Of a DNA stretch of 64,000 nt, positions 37,688-46,586 are shown in pieces; positions within the stretch are counted from its first letter, which is position 1, and every line of letters starts with the position of its first letter. The DNA is from Anaerolineae bacterium. Lineage in GTDB: Bacteria > Chloroflexota > Anaerolineae > VGOG01. The notes under the pieces are model-generated. The model saw nothing but the letters and a program-made list of their open reading frames with translations, made no database searches and was not told the origin of the DNA. The DNA lies in contig JBAWAP010000323.1 of assembly GCA_049589355.1 (NCBI GenBank), positions 24,539 to 88,538 on the forward strand. Direction: 5' to 3'. The translations under genes were made by a program, and so were the position numbers.

Positions 37688-39714
37688 GTTAATAGCTCCT
37701 CCACCAGCGCCCTCATTTCCTCCACTCGACTTCTGGCTGCGAGATTGATCTCGTCAATGTCGGTATCGAACATCGCGGCGAAGAGCTGTTGCTTGCCGTA
37801 GATCACCTCCAGCACCCGCTCCTCGATGGTGCTCCCCACCACCAGATTGATGACGTTGACGGGGTTCTTCTGACCGATGCGATGAGCCCGCCCGATACGC
37901 TGCTCCAGCTTGGCTGGGTTCCAGGGTAGGTCCACATTGATGACGAAGTCCGCAGCCTGCAGGTTCAGGCCCAGGCCGCCAGCATCGGTGGAGATGAATA
38001 TCCGGCAGTCGGGGTCCTCGGAGAAGCGGTCAATGATCCGCTCCCGCTGCGTGATGCTCAGGCCGCCGTGCATCCGCACCATGTCCACGGGCAAGCCCAC
38101 CAGAGCTTCCTCCACCAATCGCGTCATCCGCTCCCACTGGGTGAAGATGAGGACCTTGTGCCCGTTGTTCAAGGCCATGTCCTCGACGATCAGGGGAAGC
38201 TCGGCCAGTTTGCTGGAGGCTCGCACGCCGCCGTCGGTCACCAGTTGGGCCGCGTCGCAGATCTCCCTCATCTCGGTGATGAGCTCTAGCAGCCGCCCCA
38301 TCATCTCCGGCGTCCACTCCTCCCTGGGGACGTTGAACATGCTGCGCAGTTCGTTTTCCCTGGGGATGTAAAGCCGCTCCTGCGCCCGCTCCAGCTCCAG
38401 ATAGTAGTAGTTATCAATGCGCTCTGGCAGGTCATGAAGTACTTCGTCCTTGCGGCGGCGCAGGAAAATGGGGGCGATCTTGCGCTTGACCTTGTCCAGG
38501 CCCCGATAGCCGATGATGGCTCCCCATTCGTCGCGAATCACGTGTTCGACCATGAACTGCCAGGCGGGGCCCAGCAGCCGCCGGTCCAGAAACTGGACGA
38601 TGGAGTAAAGCTCGTCCAGCCTGTTCTCCAGGGGCGTGCCCGTCAGCACGTAAGCGTACTCTGAGGTGAGGTTCTTGATGAGCTGGGTGGTCTTGGCCCG
38701 CCAGTTTTTTATGCGCTGTGCTTCATCCAGGACGATCAGGCCCGGCTCCAGGCTGCGAATTAAGTCGAAGTCCCTGAGCACCAGCTCGTAGTTGAGGACG
38801 GTGAAGGTGCTGTCCTCGGCGTAGAGCTTTTCACGCTTCTTCTTTGCCCCCGTCATGACCGTCACGCTCTCGTCGGAGAAGCGTTCGATCTCCTTGGCCC
38901 ACTGGAGCTTCAGCGAGGCCGGGCAGATGATCAGCACTCTGGAGAGCTTGCCCTGCTGTTTGAGGAAAATCGAAGCGGCAATGGCCATTATGGTCTTGCC
39001 AAGGCCCATGTCGTCCCCCAACAGCGCGCGCCGGGTGAAGGTCAGGAAGAGGGTGCCCAGCATCTGGTAGGGATAGAGGGGGAGCTTGAGGACATCAATC
39101 TCCAGTTCTCCGGCCTTGACCTGCTCCATGAGCCGCCCCATCTCCGCTTCCCGTTCCGCCTGGCGCGCCAGGTCGCGGGCAGACTCCCAAACCTCGTCCC
39201 CGATCTGGGTTCGCCCACCCGCCTGGGCAACTTCTTCCTCGAACTCCCTCAGGGTCTCTTCGAGGGTGTGAGGATCGTCTTTCTTGAGCTTGCCCTCCTT
39301 GGTGAAGTAGTGGCTCACCGCCCGGCGGACGGGCTTCTCCAGCGAGGGATCGAAACTGGCTCTGATCACCGTCTGGTCGTCGTAGGCCAGGGTGAGGACG
39401 ACCTTGTGGGCCTTCTCCTCGGCCAGCTTTGCCCGCTGGCGCTTGAACTCCTGGGGGTGCTCCCGCTCCAGGTGGATGAGCACCGCCTCAATGTGCTTGC
39501 AGGTGCCCAGGCCGTTGGACTCGTAGTCGGGGCAGGAGCAGCGGTTCTCCAGCTCGAAGGGGTTGCGGATCTCCACGTCGTAGGTGTAACCGCTGGCGCT
39601 TTTGATCTTGTAAAGCGAAAGCAGCTCCCCTGGGTTGGTGTTGGTGATGCGGTAGCGGGGCAGTTCGCGTCGCGCCCGCTCTCGGCGGACCTCGATCTGA
39701 CATTGCTTGGACAT
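37684..39714 (-). CDS. SNF2-family helicase with N-terminal SWIM zinc finger
   Basis: CSCPDYESNGLGTCKHIEAV SWIM motif. DDMGLGKT, DEAQRIKN and QRIGRAHRIGQ helicase motifs. 676 aa. Confidence 0.9.
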   Translation of the reverse strand: MSKQCQIEVRRERARRELPRYRITNTNPGELLSLYKIKSASGYTYDVEIRNPFELENRCSCPDYESNGLGTCKHIEAVLIHLEREHPQEFKRQRAKLAEEKAHKVVLTLAYDDQTVIRASFDPSLEKPVRRAVSHYFTKEGKLKKDDPHTLEETLREFEEEVAQAGGRTQIGDEVWESARDLARQAEREAEMGRLMEQVKAGELEIDVLKLPLYPYQMLGTLFLTFTRRALLGDDMGLGKTIMAIAASIFLKQQGKLSRVLIICPASLKLQWAKEIERFSDESVTVMTGAKKKREKLYAEDSTFTVLNYELVLRDFDLIRSLEPGLIVLDEAQRIKNWRAKTTQLIKNLTSEYAYVLTGTPLENRLDELYSIVQFLDRRLLGPAWQFMVEHVIRDEWGAIIGYRGLDKVKRKIAPIFLRRRKDEVLHDLPERIDNYYYLELERAQERLYIPRENELRSMFNVPREEWTPEMMGRLLELITEMREICDAAQLVTDGGVRASSKLAELPLIVEDMALNNGHKVLIFTQWERMTRLVEEALVGLPVDMVRMHGGLSITQRERIIDRFSEDPDCRIFISTDAGGLGLNLQAADFVINVDLPWNPAKLEQRIGRAHRIGQKNPVNVINLVVGSTIEERVLEVIYGKQQLFAAMFDTDIDEINLAARSRVEEMRALVEELLT

Positions 39715-39898
39715 TGCGCTTGTGATTATACCCTAGGCCCAACAAAAGTGCAAGGAAAGATTGGGAGATTTGGAAGGTTGTCATTTTCGCTTCCTGGTAG
39801 TATAATATCGTCCAAATAGGAGCAGGTATGGTAGCAGTTGCTCCCGAATCGCCGGCATCGTGGGCCGATGCGTGCAAACGGTAGAAGAGGTAACGAGA

Positions 39899-40669
39899 AT
39901 GCAGAACGTGCTGTTAGGGAATACAGGTCTGAAGGTGTCTCGGCTGGCTTTTGGCACCGCCTATCTGGGGCTACTGAGTGACCGACTCTCTCCGGAAGAT
40001 GGGGCAGCGTTGCTGCTTCAGGCGCTGGATCGAGGCATCGCGTTCTGGGACACTTCGGATGATTACGGCACCCATCCGCACGTGGCCCACGCCCTGCGTC
40101 AGGTACCACGGGAGCAAGTGGTGATCGCCAGCAAGACCTACGAACCGGAAGGGGCGGTGGAGCACATTCTGGCAGAACTGGGCACGGACTACCTGGACAT
40201 TCTCTTTGTCCACTGCGTCGGTTTGAGTTGGGCCGATGCGGCCCGAGATTGCCTCAGACTGTGGCAACAAGACAAGGCTCAAGGCCGGGTGCGAGCGCTG
40301 GGCTTCTCTACCCACAGCGCCCGGGTGGCCTGGTTGGCTGCGGAATGGCCCGAGGTGGAGGTGTTGTTGGTGCCTGTCAACGCCACCGGCATCTGCACAC
40401 CCGAATCAGGCATCGAGGATGGAGGCGTAGAGGAGATGCTGGAAGCAGCCCAACGAGCGTGGGAGGTGGGGAAAGGGGTCGTAGCTATGAAAGTGCTGGG
40501 CTGTGGCGCCCTGGCTGTTGATGCAAAGGCAGCCATTTCCTTCGCCGCCCGGCTTCCCTACGTGCACAGCCTGTGCATCGGCATGCGTAACCTGAGGGAG
40601 ATAGAGGATAACGTCCGATTGTTGAGCCTCGCGGCACGGCAGGGAAACGCCATCCAAAAGGCCATCTGA
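39899..40669 (+). CDS. Aldo/keto reductase
   Basis: LGNTGLKVSRLAFGT...FWDTSDDYG pattern. Start set to ATG 39899. Confidence 0.8.
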   Translation: MQNVLLGNTGLKVSRLAFGTAYLGLLSDRLSPEDGAALLLQALDRGIAFWDTSDDYGTHPHVAHALRQVPREQVVIASKTYEPEGAVEHILAELGTDYLDILFVHCVGLSWADAARDCLRLWQQDKAQGRVRALGFSTHSARVAWLAAEWPEVEVLLVPVNATGICTPESGIEDGGVEEMLEAAQRAWEVGKGVVAMKVLGCGALAVDAKAAISFAARLPYVHSLCIGMRNLREIEDNVRLLSLAARQGNAIQKAI

Positions 40670-40711
40670 ACAGGATGCTTGTCATAACATCCGATTAGGA
40701 AAGGAAATGCC

Positions 40712-42487
40712 ATGTTGAAGACTCACACCTGTGGCGAGCTAAGGGCTGAGCATGTGGGCCAGGAAGTGACCCTGGCCGGCTGGGTAAACCGCCGCCGCGA
40801 CCACGGCGGGTTGATATTTCTTGACTTGCGGGACCGAGAGGGGATAGCTCAGGTGGTCGCTAACCCTGAGGTCTCGGCGGAGACTCACGCCACGGCCTCC
40901 CAGGTGCGGGGCGAGTACGTGCTCCGCGTTCAGGGCCTGGTGCGCCGCCGTCCCGAAGGGCTGGCCAACCCGGACATGGCCACGGGCGAGATCGAGGTGG
41001 TGGCCAACTCGGTGGAGATACTCAATCTGGCTGAGACGCCGCCCTTCTACATCAACAGAGATGACGAAGTGGACGACGCCCTGCGCCTGCGATACCGCTA
41101 TCTGGATCTGCGCAGGAGACGCATGCAGAGGAACCTCGTCCTCCGCCACAAGGTGGTTAAGTTCATCCGAGATTACCTTGATGAGCAGGGCTTCGTCGAG
41201 ATCGAGACGCCTATCCTCATCAAGAGCACTCCTGAGGGGGCCCGTGACTACGTGGTGCCCAGTCGCGTCCACCCGGGCAAATTCTACGCTCTGCCCCAAT
41301 CGCCTCAGCAGATCAAACAACTCCTCATGGTGGCCGGTTTTGAGAAATACTTCCAAATCGCCCGCTGTTTCCGCGACGAGGACCTGCGAGCCGATCGGCA
41401 GACGGAGTTCACCCAACTGGACATCGAGATGTCCTTCGTGGATCGCGAGGACGTCTTGCAGCTCACCGAGGGTCTGTTCACCGCTCTGGTGGAAGCGCTG
41501 TCCGCCGAGACGGGAGTAAGCATCTTACACGAGCCCTTCCCCCGCCTTTCGTATCGAGAGGCCATGGAGCGCTACGGCAGCGACAAGCCCGACCTGCGTT
41601 TCGGCCTGCCTCTGATCGCTCTCTCCGATCTGGTGGCCGAGAGCGAGTTTCGCGTCTTCCGCGAAGTGGTGGCTGAAGGGGGGCAGGTGAAGGGTATCCG
41701 CGTCCCCGGCTGCGCCGGCTACAGCCGCCGCCAGTTGGACGAGCTGGGTGAGTTCGTCAGGAAGCGCGGGGCCAAAGGGCTGGTCTGGCTGCTGGTTGAG
41801 GCGGGCCTGTCGGTCCGGTCACCCGTGGCCAAGTTCCTGTCTCAGGCGGAGATCGAGGGCATCCTGGCTCGGGCGGAGGCGGAGGCAGGCGATTTGATCC
41901 TCATCGTCGCCGACGAGCCTAAGGTGGTGGCCGAGGCTTTGGGAGGCTTGAGGCTGGAGATGGGCCAGCGGTTGGGCCTGCGGGACGATAGTCTGCTGGC
42001 CTTTGCCTGGGTGCTGGACTTTCCTCTCTTGGAATGGAACGAGGAGGACGGGCGCTGGAATGCCATGCATCACCCCTTCACCTCAGCCATGGATGAAGAC
42101 TTGGCTTTCCTGGAGACCGAGCCAGGCAAGGTGCGGGCCAAGGCGTACGACATCGTCTGTAACGGCTGGGAGATCGGTGGGGGCAGCATCAGGATTCACC
42201 GCCGCGATCTGCAGGAAAGGATGTTTCGTGCCCTGGGACTTTCCAAAGAAGAGGTGCAGACCCAGTTCGGCCATCTCCTGGAGGCTTTCGAGTACGGGGC
42301 TCCGCCTCACGGTGGCATTGCTCCGGGCATAGATCGCCTGGCGATGCTCCTGGCTGGCGAGCACAACATCCGCGAGGTGATGGCCTTCCCTAAATCACAG
42401 CAAGCTGAGGATCTTACGTTCGGGGCCCCATCGTTCATATCGGAGCGACAGTTGGCAGAGTTGCATTTGCGATTGGCGGGTGATTAA
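40712..42487 (+). CDS. aspS: Aspartyl-tRNA synthetase
   Basis: OB-fold N-domain. Class II motifs ([31 protein letters not shown]). 591 aa. Confidence 0.95.
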   Translation: MLKTHTCGELRAEHVGQEVTLAGWVNRRRDHGGLIFLDLRDREGIAQVVANPEVSAETHATASQVRGEYVLRVQGLVRRRPEGLANPDMATGEIEVVANSVEILNLAETPPFYINRDDEVDDALRLRYRYLDLRRRRMQRNLVLRHKVVKFIRDYLDEQGFVEIETPILIKSTPEGARDYVVPSRVHPGKFYALPQSPQQIKQLLMVAGFEKYFQIARCFRDEDLRADRQTEFTQLDIEMSFVDREDVLQLTEGLFTALVEALSAETGVSILHEPFPRLSYREAMERYGSDKPDLRFGLPLIALSDLVAESEFRVFREVVAEGGQVKGIRVPGCAGYSRRQLDELGEFVRKRGAKGLVWLLVEAGLSVRSPVAKFLSQAEIEGILARAEAEAGDLILIVADEPKVVAEALGGLRLEMGQRLGLRDDSLLAFAWVLDFPLLEWNEEDGRWNAMHHPFTSAMDEDLAFLETEPGKVRAKAYDIVCNGWEIGGGSIRIHRRDLQERMFRALGLSKEEVQTQFGHLLEAFEYGAPPHGGIAPGIDRLAMLLAGEHNIREVMAFPKSQQAEDLTFGAPSFISERQLAELHLRLAGD

Positions 42488-42540
42488 CCTTAAAATTTTG
42501 GGGACATGGCTTCTAGCCGTCCAAAACAGCTAGTTTGAAT

Positions 42541-42569
42541 TTGCCTTTTTTTGTACTTTGTGGTAAGAT
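42541..42569 (+). promoter_or_regulatory. sigma70-type promoter (TTGCCT-17 nt-TAAGAT)
   Basis: Read directly. Drives the non-coding unit upstream of mgsA. Confidence 0.5.
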
Positions 42570-42575
42570 ATTGGT

Positions 42576-42760
42576 GAAAATACCCTGCTGTGTTCGTGAT
42601 GCGTAGCGAGAGTTTTGAGCCAACACCTAATGTAAAGGGAATTGGAACTCTGGAGGGGATGCGTTAGCCATAATAGGCGAGGCAGAACCAATAGGTAGAT
42701 TCCCATCTGCGAAAGCAGGTTCAAAACACTGGTAGCACACGGCACAGCGGGGAGTCTTGT
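42576..42760 (+). ncRNA. Candidate 6S-like structured RNA (alternatively a cis-regulatory leader of mgsA)
   Basis: No credible ORF. CCCTGCTGTG (42583-42592) pairs with CACAGCGGGG (42743-52). AGTTTTGAGCC pairs with GGTTCAAAAC, and GGGAAT pairs with ATTCCC. An unpaired central region of about 15/14 nt remains. The unit sits between a promoter and a terminator. Confidence 0.45.
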
Positions 42761-42767
42761 AAAAGAG

Positions 42768-42795
42768 CCACCAGGTCTTACCTGGTGGTATTTTT
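42768..42795 (+). terminator. Rho-independent terminator
   Basis: CCACCAGG-TCTTA-CCTGGTGG followed by TATTTTT, 12 nt before the mgsA ATG. Confidence 0.75.
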
Positions 42796-42806
42796 ATAAG
42801 AGGATC

Positions 42807-43181
42807 ATGAGTGTGAAGACCATAGCTTTGATTGCTCACGATGGCAAGAAGGCCGACCTGGTGGCCTTTGCCACTTTCAATCGCGAAAAACTAACAGAAT
42901 ATCACCTGGTAGCCACAGGCACCACCGGCAAACTCTTGAAGGAGAAAGTGGGCCTTGAGGTGGAGTGTGTCCTGTCAGGTCCATACGGGGGTGATGCTCA
43001 GATCGCCGCCCGGGTAGCTGAAGGGGCAATAGATGGCGTTTTCTTCTTGGTAGATCCCCTGGATAAACACCCCCATGACCCTGACATTCAAACCCTCTTA
43101 CGGGCTTGCAATGTGCATAACGTGCCTATCGCTACTAACGTTGCCACCGCCGACCTGATCATTTCTAACAATGTCTTGTGA
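42807..43181 (+). CDS. mgsA: Methylglyoxal synthase
   Basis: IALIAHDGKKADLV...ATGTTG...GGDAQI motifs. 124 aa. Confidence 0.9.
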   Translation: MSVKTIALIAHDGKKADLVAFATFNREKLTEYHLVATGTTGKLLKEKVGLEVECVLSGPYGGDAQIAARVAEGAIDGVFFLVDPLDKHPHDPDIQTLLRACNVHNVPIATNVATADLIISNNVL

Positions 43182-43206
43182 ACGAATGCTGCATTAGGAG
43201 GCGTAC

Positions 43207-44040
43207 ATGCTGAGGGAGAGGGTTGCCGAAGACATCTACGTCTTCACTAGCGAGCTCTATGCTCAAGTTACGGCTGGAGCCATCTTGACCTCGCAAGGGG
43301 TAATTGTTATTGATACCTTGCTCTTTCCTCAAGAAACAGGCGAGCTCTTGCACCTTGTGCGGCGAAGGAGCAAAAACGGGATACGCTATGTGATCAATTC
43401 CAATTCCCACTCCGATCACGTTTACGGCAATTATCTCTTTAATGGGGCTAAGGTGATAGCCCATCAACTCTGCCGCCAGGCTCTGCAGAAGCATGGCGAG
43501 AAAGACCTGGATGCTGCCAAGGAGCAGATCCCCGATCTGTCCGAGGTACAACTGCGTTTGCCATCCATCACCTTCACCGAGGAGTTGACCCTTCGACTGG
43601 GCAACAAAACCCTGCGGTTGATGCATACGCCAGGTACCACGCCCGATTCGATAGTGGTCTACGTGAGGGAGGACAAAGTGCTCTTCGCTGGCGACACTGT
43701 TATGCCTGTGCCCTACATAGTGGATGGTGATCGGCTGCAGTTGATGGAATCTTTGCGAGCCATCGGAAAGCTGAGCCTAGATAACATTGTGCAGGGACAC
43801 GGTGGGGTAATCCTGCGAGGCGAGATCAAGGGGACCCTGAGGAGCAGCATTGTTTACTTGGAGACCATCTATGAGAGGGTGCGGGAGAAGGTAGAGGCCG
43901 GGGCGCCACGAGATGAGCTCAGGAAGATAGGTATCGAGAGTTGTGGCAAGTCTCGTATCCCCCTAGATGGCTTGGTGCAGAACTTGCACCAGGCCAACTT
44001 AATGGCGCTCTACGATCAGTTGGTCTCTGGGAAGAGATAA
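43207..44040 (+). CDS. MBL-fold metallo-hydrolase
   Basis: NSNSHSDHVYGN (HxHxDH-type motif, first His replaced). 277 aa. Confidence 0.7.
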   Translation: MLRERVAEDIYVFTSELYAQVTAGAILTSQGVIVIDTLLFPQETGELLHLVRRRSKNGIRYVINSNSHSDHVYGNYLFNGAKVIAHQLCRQALQKHGEKDLDAAKEQIPDLSEVQLRLPSITFTEELTLRLGNKTLRLMHTPGTTPDSIVVYVREDKVLFAGDTVMPVPYIVDGDRLQLMESLRAIGKLSLDNIVQGHGGVILRGEIKGTLRSSIVYLETIYERVREKVEAGAPRDELRKIGIESCGKSRIPLDGLVQNLHQANLMALYDQLVSGKR

Positions 44041-44047
44041 AAAGCGC

Positions 44048-44148
44048 GTCATTGCGAGGAACGCAGTGACGAAGCAATCTCTAGCCTCCAGCACGGAGGG
44101 GATTGCTTCGCGGAGTTTACCCTGAGGCATCGAAGGGCTCGCAATGAC
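44048..44148. repeat. 101-nt nested palindromic element (GTCATTGCGAG...CGAAGCAATC type)
   Basis: GTCATTGCGAG/CTCGCAATGAC outer stem, CGAAGCAATC/GATTGCTTCG middle stem, CCTCC-AGCAC-GGAGG tip. Confidence 0.85.
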
Positions 44149-44167
44149 AATCCGGGGGAGGCCAGCG

Positions 44168-44737
44168 ATGAAGGCCGTGGACGAGATTTTGGCTGCTATT
44201 TCCGCCTTGAGCGAAGCCGAAAAGAGAGAGCTTTTTGAAAAGCTTGCAACTATCGAGGAATCCGAGGCCCTAGGTGGATCGTCTGAAGCTCGAAGACCCA
44301 AGTTGGCCTTCGATGCTGGTCAATTGGAAGGCCAGCCCGATTATGTGTTGGTCTTCGATGGGGGAAGCCTTGGCAATCCGGGCCCTGGCTATGGCAGCTA
44401 CGCCTTGATCAGGGCCAGCAATGGCCAGAAGCGGGTGGTGCGGCTTGATTTCGGCGGGGCAATGACCAACAACGAGGCGGAGTACGACACGCTGATCGCT
44501 GGCCTGAGTGACCTGGTCCAGAGACTAGCGGAGGCCAAACAGAGCCCCTCGGAATTCTCGATTGAAGTGACGGGCGATAGCTACTTAGTTATCAATCAGG
44601 TGAGCGGAGTCTGGAAGGCTAAAGATGAGCGGATGAGGGCACGGCGTAACCAGGTACGGGAGCTGCTTAATCGTTTCGCCGGTTACCGGTTAGGGATTCA
44701 ACCCCGCCAGGAGAGCGTGAGAGTATTGGGGCATTAA
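44168..44737 (+). CDS. RNase HI-type ribonuclease with a short N-terminal helical extension
   Basis: FDGGSLGNPGPGYGSY...NNEAEYDTLIAGL...GDSYLVINQ motifs. Start set to ATG 44168, because the earlier ATG lies inside the palindromic element. Confidence 0.75.
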   Translation: MKAVDEILAAISALSEAEKRELFEKLATIEESEALGGSSEARRPKLAFDAGQLEGQPDYVLVFDGGSLGNPGPGYGSYALIRASNGQKRVVRLDFGGAMTNNEAEYDTLIAGLSDLVQRLAEAKQSPSEFSIEVTGDSYLVINQVSGVWKAKDERMRARRNQVRELLNRFAGYRLGIQPRQESVRVLGH

Positions 44738-44738
44738 T

Positions 44739-44767
44739 TTGACAAATCGCCGTTTCTGTGTTATATT
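44739..44767 (+). promoter_or_regulatory. sigma70-type promoter (TTGACA-17 nt-TATATT) of the T-box leader
   Basis: Read directly. Confidence 0.6.
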
Positions 44768-44774
44768 CTCTTAA

Positions 44775-45108
44775 AAGCGATGATGGAGACGAGTAGGTGA
44801 GGGGTAACGCCCAGAGAGTCCAGGTGAGGTGGGAACTGGATGCGGGAACCTCGCCGAAAATCCCTCCGGAGCTGTCAGCCGAATGGTTGGTAAATTGGTA
44901 GATTGGTAAACTGGTAGGTTGGTGACAAATGAACCAATTTACCAGTTTACCAGTTTCCCAATGTACCAACCTAGTAGACCTGACCGGGTTCGTCCTCCGT
45001 TACGCGGACGGGGGTATGAACACGTACCCCACAGAGTGGGCGGCAATGCCAAGTAGGGTGGTACCGCGGGAGTTTGAGCTCTCGTCCCTTAGGGATGAGG
45101 GTTTTTTG
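44775..45108 (+). promoter_or_regulatory. T-box riboswitch leader with terminator
   Basis: Stem I base AAGCGATGATGGAGACGAGTAG (K-turn/S-turn), AGAGAG bulge, and T-box sequence AAGTAGGGTGGTACCGCGGG (45051-45070). Terminator CTCGTCCC-TTA-GGGATGAG plus TTTTTT (45081-45107). Confidence 0.88.
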
Positions 45109-45126
45109 TTTACGGGTGAAGAGGTC

Positions 45127-45600
45127 ATGTCGCAGGTGGTCATTCGTCGGGCAACCCCGGACGACGTAGGCGGAATCTTACCTCTCTGGAACGAGCTGAT
45201 GGATTATCACGCAGCGCTGGATGCGCGGTTTCAGCCTGCGCCCGGTGCAGAGGAAAACTGGGTAGATATCCTCCTCGATTTGCTTCAGGATGATGATGCC
45301 TGTGTCCTGGTGGCCGATGCTGGGGGCAAGCTGGTCGGCTTCATCATTGGCCTGGGGCGGGAAAACCTTCCGGTTCTGCTGCCGTCTAAATATGGCCTGG
45401 TCACTGACATCTGCGTGGACCCAGGGTGGCGCCGACAAGGCATCGGCGGCCGCCTCTTCGAGGCCCTAAAGGTCTGGTTTAGAGCGAAGGGACTCTTTGT
45501 CATCCAGCTCAGTGTGGCCCACCGCAACCCCGTCTCCCAGGCCTTCTGGCGGGCGATGGGATGCGAGGATTTCATGGATCGCTTGTGGTTTGAGCTTTAG
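45127..45600 (+). CDS. GNAT-family N-acetyltransferase
   Basis: RRQGIGGRLF acetyl-CoA motif. 157 aa from ATG 45127, because the longer ORF from 44929 runs through the T-box leader. Confidence 0.8.
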   Translation: MSQVVIRRATPDDVGGILPLWNELMDYHAALDARFQPAPGAEENWVDILLDLLQDDDACVLVADAGGKLVGFIIGLGRENLPVLLPSKYGLVTDICVDPGWRRQGIGGRLFEALKVWFRAKGLFVIQLSVAHRNPVSQAFWRAMGCEDFMDRLWFEL

Positions 45601-45668
45601 AAACTCTCTTGAAGGTGCTCCAAGCGGACGCTAGTCCACCGCGAGCTCGGCAAAAACGGAGGTGAATC

Positions 45669-46379
45669 GTGACCGAGTTGCTCTATCTGACCGATTGCTA
45701 TTTGAGGGAGTTCGACGCCACGGTGGTGGCGGCTGAGGGCGACCAGGTGGCCCTGGATCGCACGGCCTTCTATCCCGGCGGCGGAGGGCAGCCGGCCGAT
45801 GGGGGCAGGATGCTGTGGGATAACGGTGAGTCCCGGGTCATCAAGGTCAAGAAGCAGGAAGACCAAGTTTGGCACGGGCTGGACGTCGAGCCGCCGCCTG
45901 TTGGCACGCCGGTCAGGGGTGTGTTGGACTGGGAGCACCGCTACAAGCTAATGCGCACCCACACGGCGCTGCACATCCTGTGCGGCGTTATCTGGCGCGA
46001 CTACGGGGCCCTGGTGACGGGAGGGAACATGGAGCCATTGGCGGCTCGGATGGACTTCGAGCTGGAGCACATGAGCGCCGACTTCGCCCAGGAGGTGGAG
46101 GAGAAGATCAACGCTGAGGTAGCCGCCGCCCGGCCGGTCAAAATCTGCATCTTGCCTCGGGAGGAGGCCTTCCAAATCCCTGATCTCATCCGCACCAAGA
46201 TCAACCTTCTGCCGGAGAGCATCCGGGAGGTGCGCGTCGTGGAGATCGAGGGTCTCGACATCCAGGCCGACGGCGGCACCCACGTGGCCAACACCCGCGA
46301 GGTGGGGACGATCCACGTGGTGGGTCACGAGAGCAAAGGCCGCATCAACAAGCGGCTGCGGATTGCGTTGGGAGAGTGA
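45669..46379 (+). CDS. AlaX-type aminoacyl-tRNA trans-editing deacylase homolog
   Basis: HTALH (HxxxH) present, followed by DGGTH where CxxxH is expected. N-terminal beta-barrel plus editing-core layout. 236 aa with a GTG start. Confidence 0.75.
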   Translation: MTELLYLTDCYLREFDATVVAAEGDQVALDRTAFYPGGGGQPADGGRMLWDNGESRVIKVKKQEDQVWHGLDVEPPPVGTPVRGVLDWEHRYKLMRTHTALHILCGVIWRDYGALVTGGNMEPLAARMDFELEHMSADFAQEVEEKINAEVAAARPVKICILPREEAFQIPDLIRTKINLLPESIREVRVVEIEGLDIQADGGTHVANTREVGTIHVVGHESKGRINKRLRIALGE

Positions 46380-46438
46380 TGATGGAAGGGGGCTTCACTC
46401 GTTGGCTTATCAAGTCATTGAGAATGGCTCAGCCATAA

Positions 46439-46531
46439 GGTGCAACGCACTTGTTCACACGATTTCAATGGCTCGCTTGACCAGATTGCACTTCGAATCC
46501 GCTTGATTCTGTGGCAAAAGTGCGTTGCACC
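46439..46531. repeat. 93-nt element closed by a perfect 14-bp inverted repeat
   Basis: GGTGCAACGCACTT (46439-46452) and AAGTGCGTTGCACC (46518-46531) flank 65 nt. Lies in the AlaX-ileS spacer. Confidence 0.75.
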
Positions 46532-46586
46532 TGAGCAGATACGTCATTGACTCGTCAACTCATCTCTGATCGCAGGAGGAACAATC

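Noticed and set aside
42530-42839. Two ~70-aa minus-strand ORFs in the aspS-mgsA spacer.
   Set aside because: They have no RBS or family resemblance. The region is better explained by a plus-strand promoter / structured RNA / terminator unit.
46380-46586. A possible second T-box or other known leader directly upstream of ileS.
   Set aside because: No GGTGGTACCGCG-like T-box sequence, AGAGA bulge or terminator is present. Only the 14-bp inverted-repeat element and small palindromes (ATGGCT-CA-AGCCAT, TTGAC-TC-GTCAA) were found.
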